From Candidatus Tayloriibacteriota bacterium (GTDB taxonomy: Bacteria > Patescibacteriota > Minisyncoccia > Phycocordibacterales > SIBU01), in contig SIBU01000003.1 in the NCBI GenBank assembly GCA_009695005.1, positions 866 to 64,865 of the forward strand: a stretch of DNA of 64,000 bases. Direction: 5' to 3'. The notes beneath the pieces were generated by a model, which was not told the DNA's origin, searched no databases, and saw only the letters and a list, made by a program, of their open reading frames with translations. Below, one piece after another: positions 63,659 through 64,000 of this stretch. The stretch's first letter is position 1, and each line of letters begins with the position of its first letter. The translations under genes and the position numbers were made by a program.

Positions 63659-64000
63659 TTACTGGGAACAGTTCACATTGTAACTCTTTATTGTTGTAAT
63701 AGGCCCAGTACTCACACCTGTCGTGTTACTTGTTGCCCCGCCAGTTGCAAAATCTGGGCTTGTGCATGTAGTAGCATTTTCAGAAGTCCACTTAATCAAC
63801 GTTGATCCTCCGAAAGGCACTCGCGTTTTTCCACTTGCCCCAAAATAATTTCCATCAGTGGTTACGTTAACTTTAACAGCGGGACAAGGGTCCGAAGCAA
63901 CGGCTGATCCAATATTAGAGAATGAACTACCCGAAGCATTAACCGCTTCCAACTGATAAAAGTAAGTTACACCAGACACCAAACTTTGAGTGTCAGCAAA
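63659..64000 (-). CDS. C-terminal 113 codons of another large surface protein (gene continues beyond window end)
   Basis: The frame is open from 64000 to the TAA at 63659..61. GVTYFYQLEAVNASG is an FN3-like strand. An Ig-like module with NWTS-type Cys spacing follows (IKWTSENATTCTS...YNVNCSQ). The stop lies 4 nt before the 2699-aa start. Confidence 0.85.
   Translation of the reverse strand, partial: FADTQSLVSGVTYFYQLEAVNASGSSFSNIGSAVASDPCPAVKVNVTTDGNYFGASGKTRVPFGGSTLIKWTSENATTCTSPDFATGGATSNTTGVSTGPITTIKSYNVNCSQ

Noticed and set aside
2907-63699. Many 60-150-aa ORFs inside or antisense to the giant genes, fusA, recJ, trpE, pilB and others (for example 4913..5311, 11103..11462, 39240..39728, 50587..51030, 62420..62719, 63352..63699)
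   Set aside because: Each lies within a much longer ORF that has clear domain content. Their sequences are low-complexity mirror images (for example poly-Pro/Gly antisense of Gly/Pro runs).

Overview
This is an AT-rich bacterial window with no rRNA, tRNA or CRISPR array that I could recognise. Gene content suggests a CPR/Patescibacteria-like organism: split ComEC, a compact type IV pilus cluster, giant secreted repeat proteins and many orphan ORFs. That placement is inference only.

Recognisable genes:
- Translation and housekeeping: rpsL, rpsG and fusA (an interrupted str operon), rpmB, a patatin-like lipase, an M50 protease, a YhhQ-type transporter, a RibD_C-like reductase, Fe/Mn SOD, RNase HI, RecJ, a HIT protein, pgk and tpiA.
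- Competence: ComEC split into two genes.
- Pilus: pilB, pilC, three prepilin-type genes and a large PilX-like gene.
- Other: trpE/trpG-like genes with a TrpR/YerC-like regulator, an orphan GAF histidine kinase, and a DUF2156 gene between two membrane proteins.

More than 40% of the window encodes very large secreted mosaic proteins:
- a partial gene at 1..1403 that is missing from the ORF track
- proteins of 1850, 1681 and 2699 aa
- a partial gene at 63659..64000

These are built from CARDB-, FN3-, PKD/Ig-, IPT-, PG-binding-, DUF4214-, glycine-rich and dockerin-type modules. A CotH-like secreted protein and a PG-binding protein accompany them.

Most noteworthy observations:
- The 1681-aa and 2699-aa giants share a C-terminal module ending in P-x-F-x-E-F.
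- Five dockerin-type modules occur in three neighbouring proteins, and one tandem dockerin is cut off from its body by a single in-frame TGA.
- The 2699-aa gene contains near-identical kilobase-scale internal repeats.
- Several gene ends are duplicated (fusA 5' end, sod 3' end, and a 68-nt repeat pair), marking rearrangements that interrupt the str operon and comEC.
- A GC-richer tandem array of three promoter-ORF-terminator cassettes carries orphan ORFs.

All family assignments come from motifs read by eye. No searches were run.
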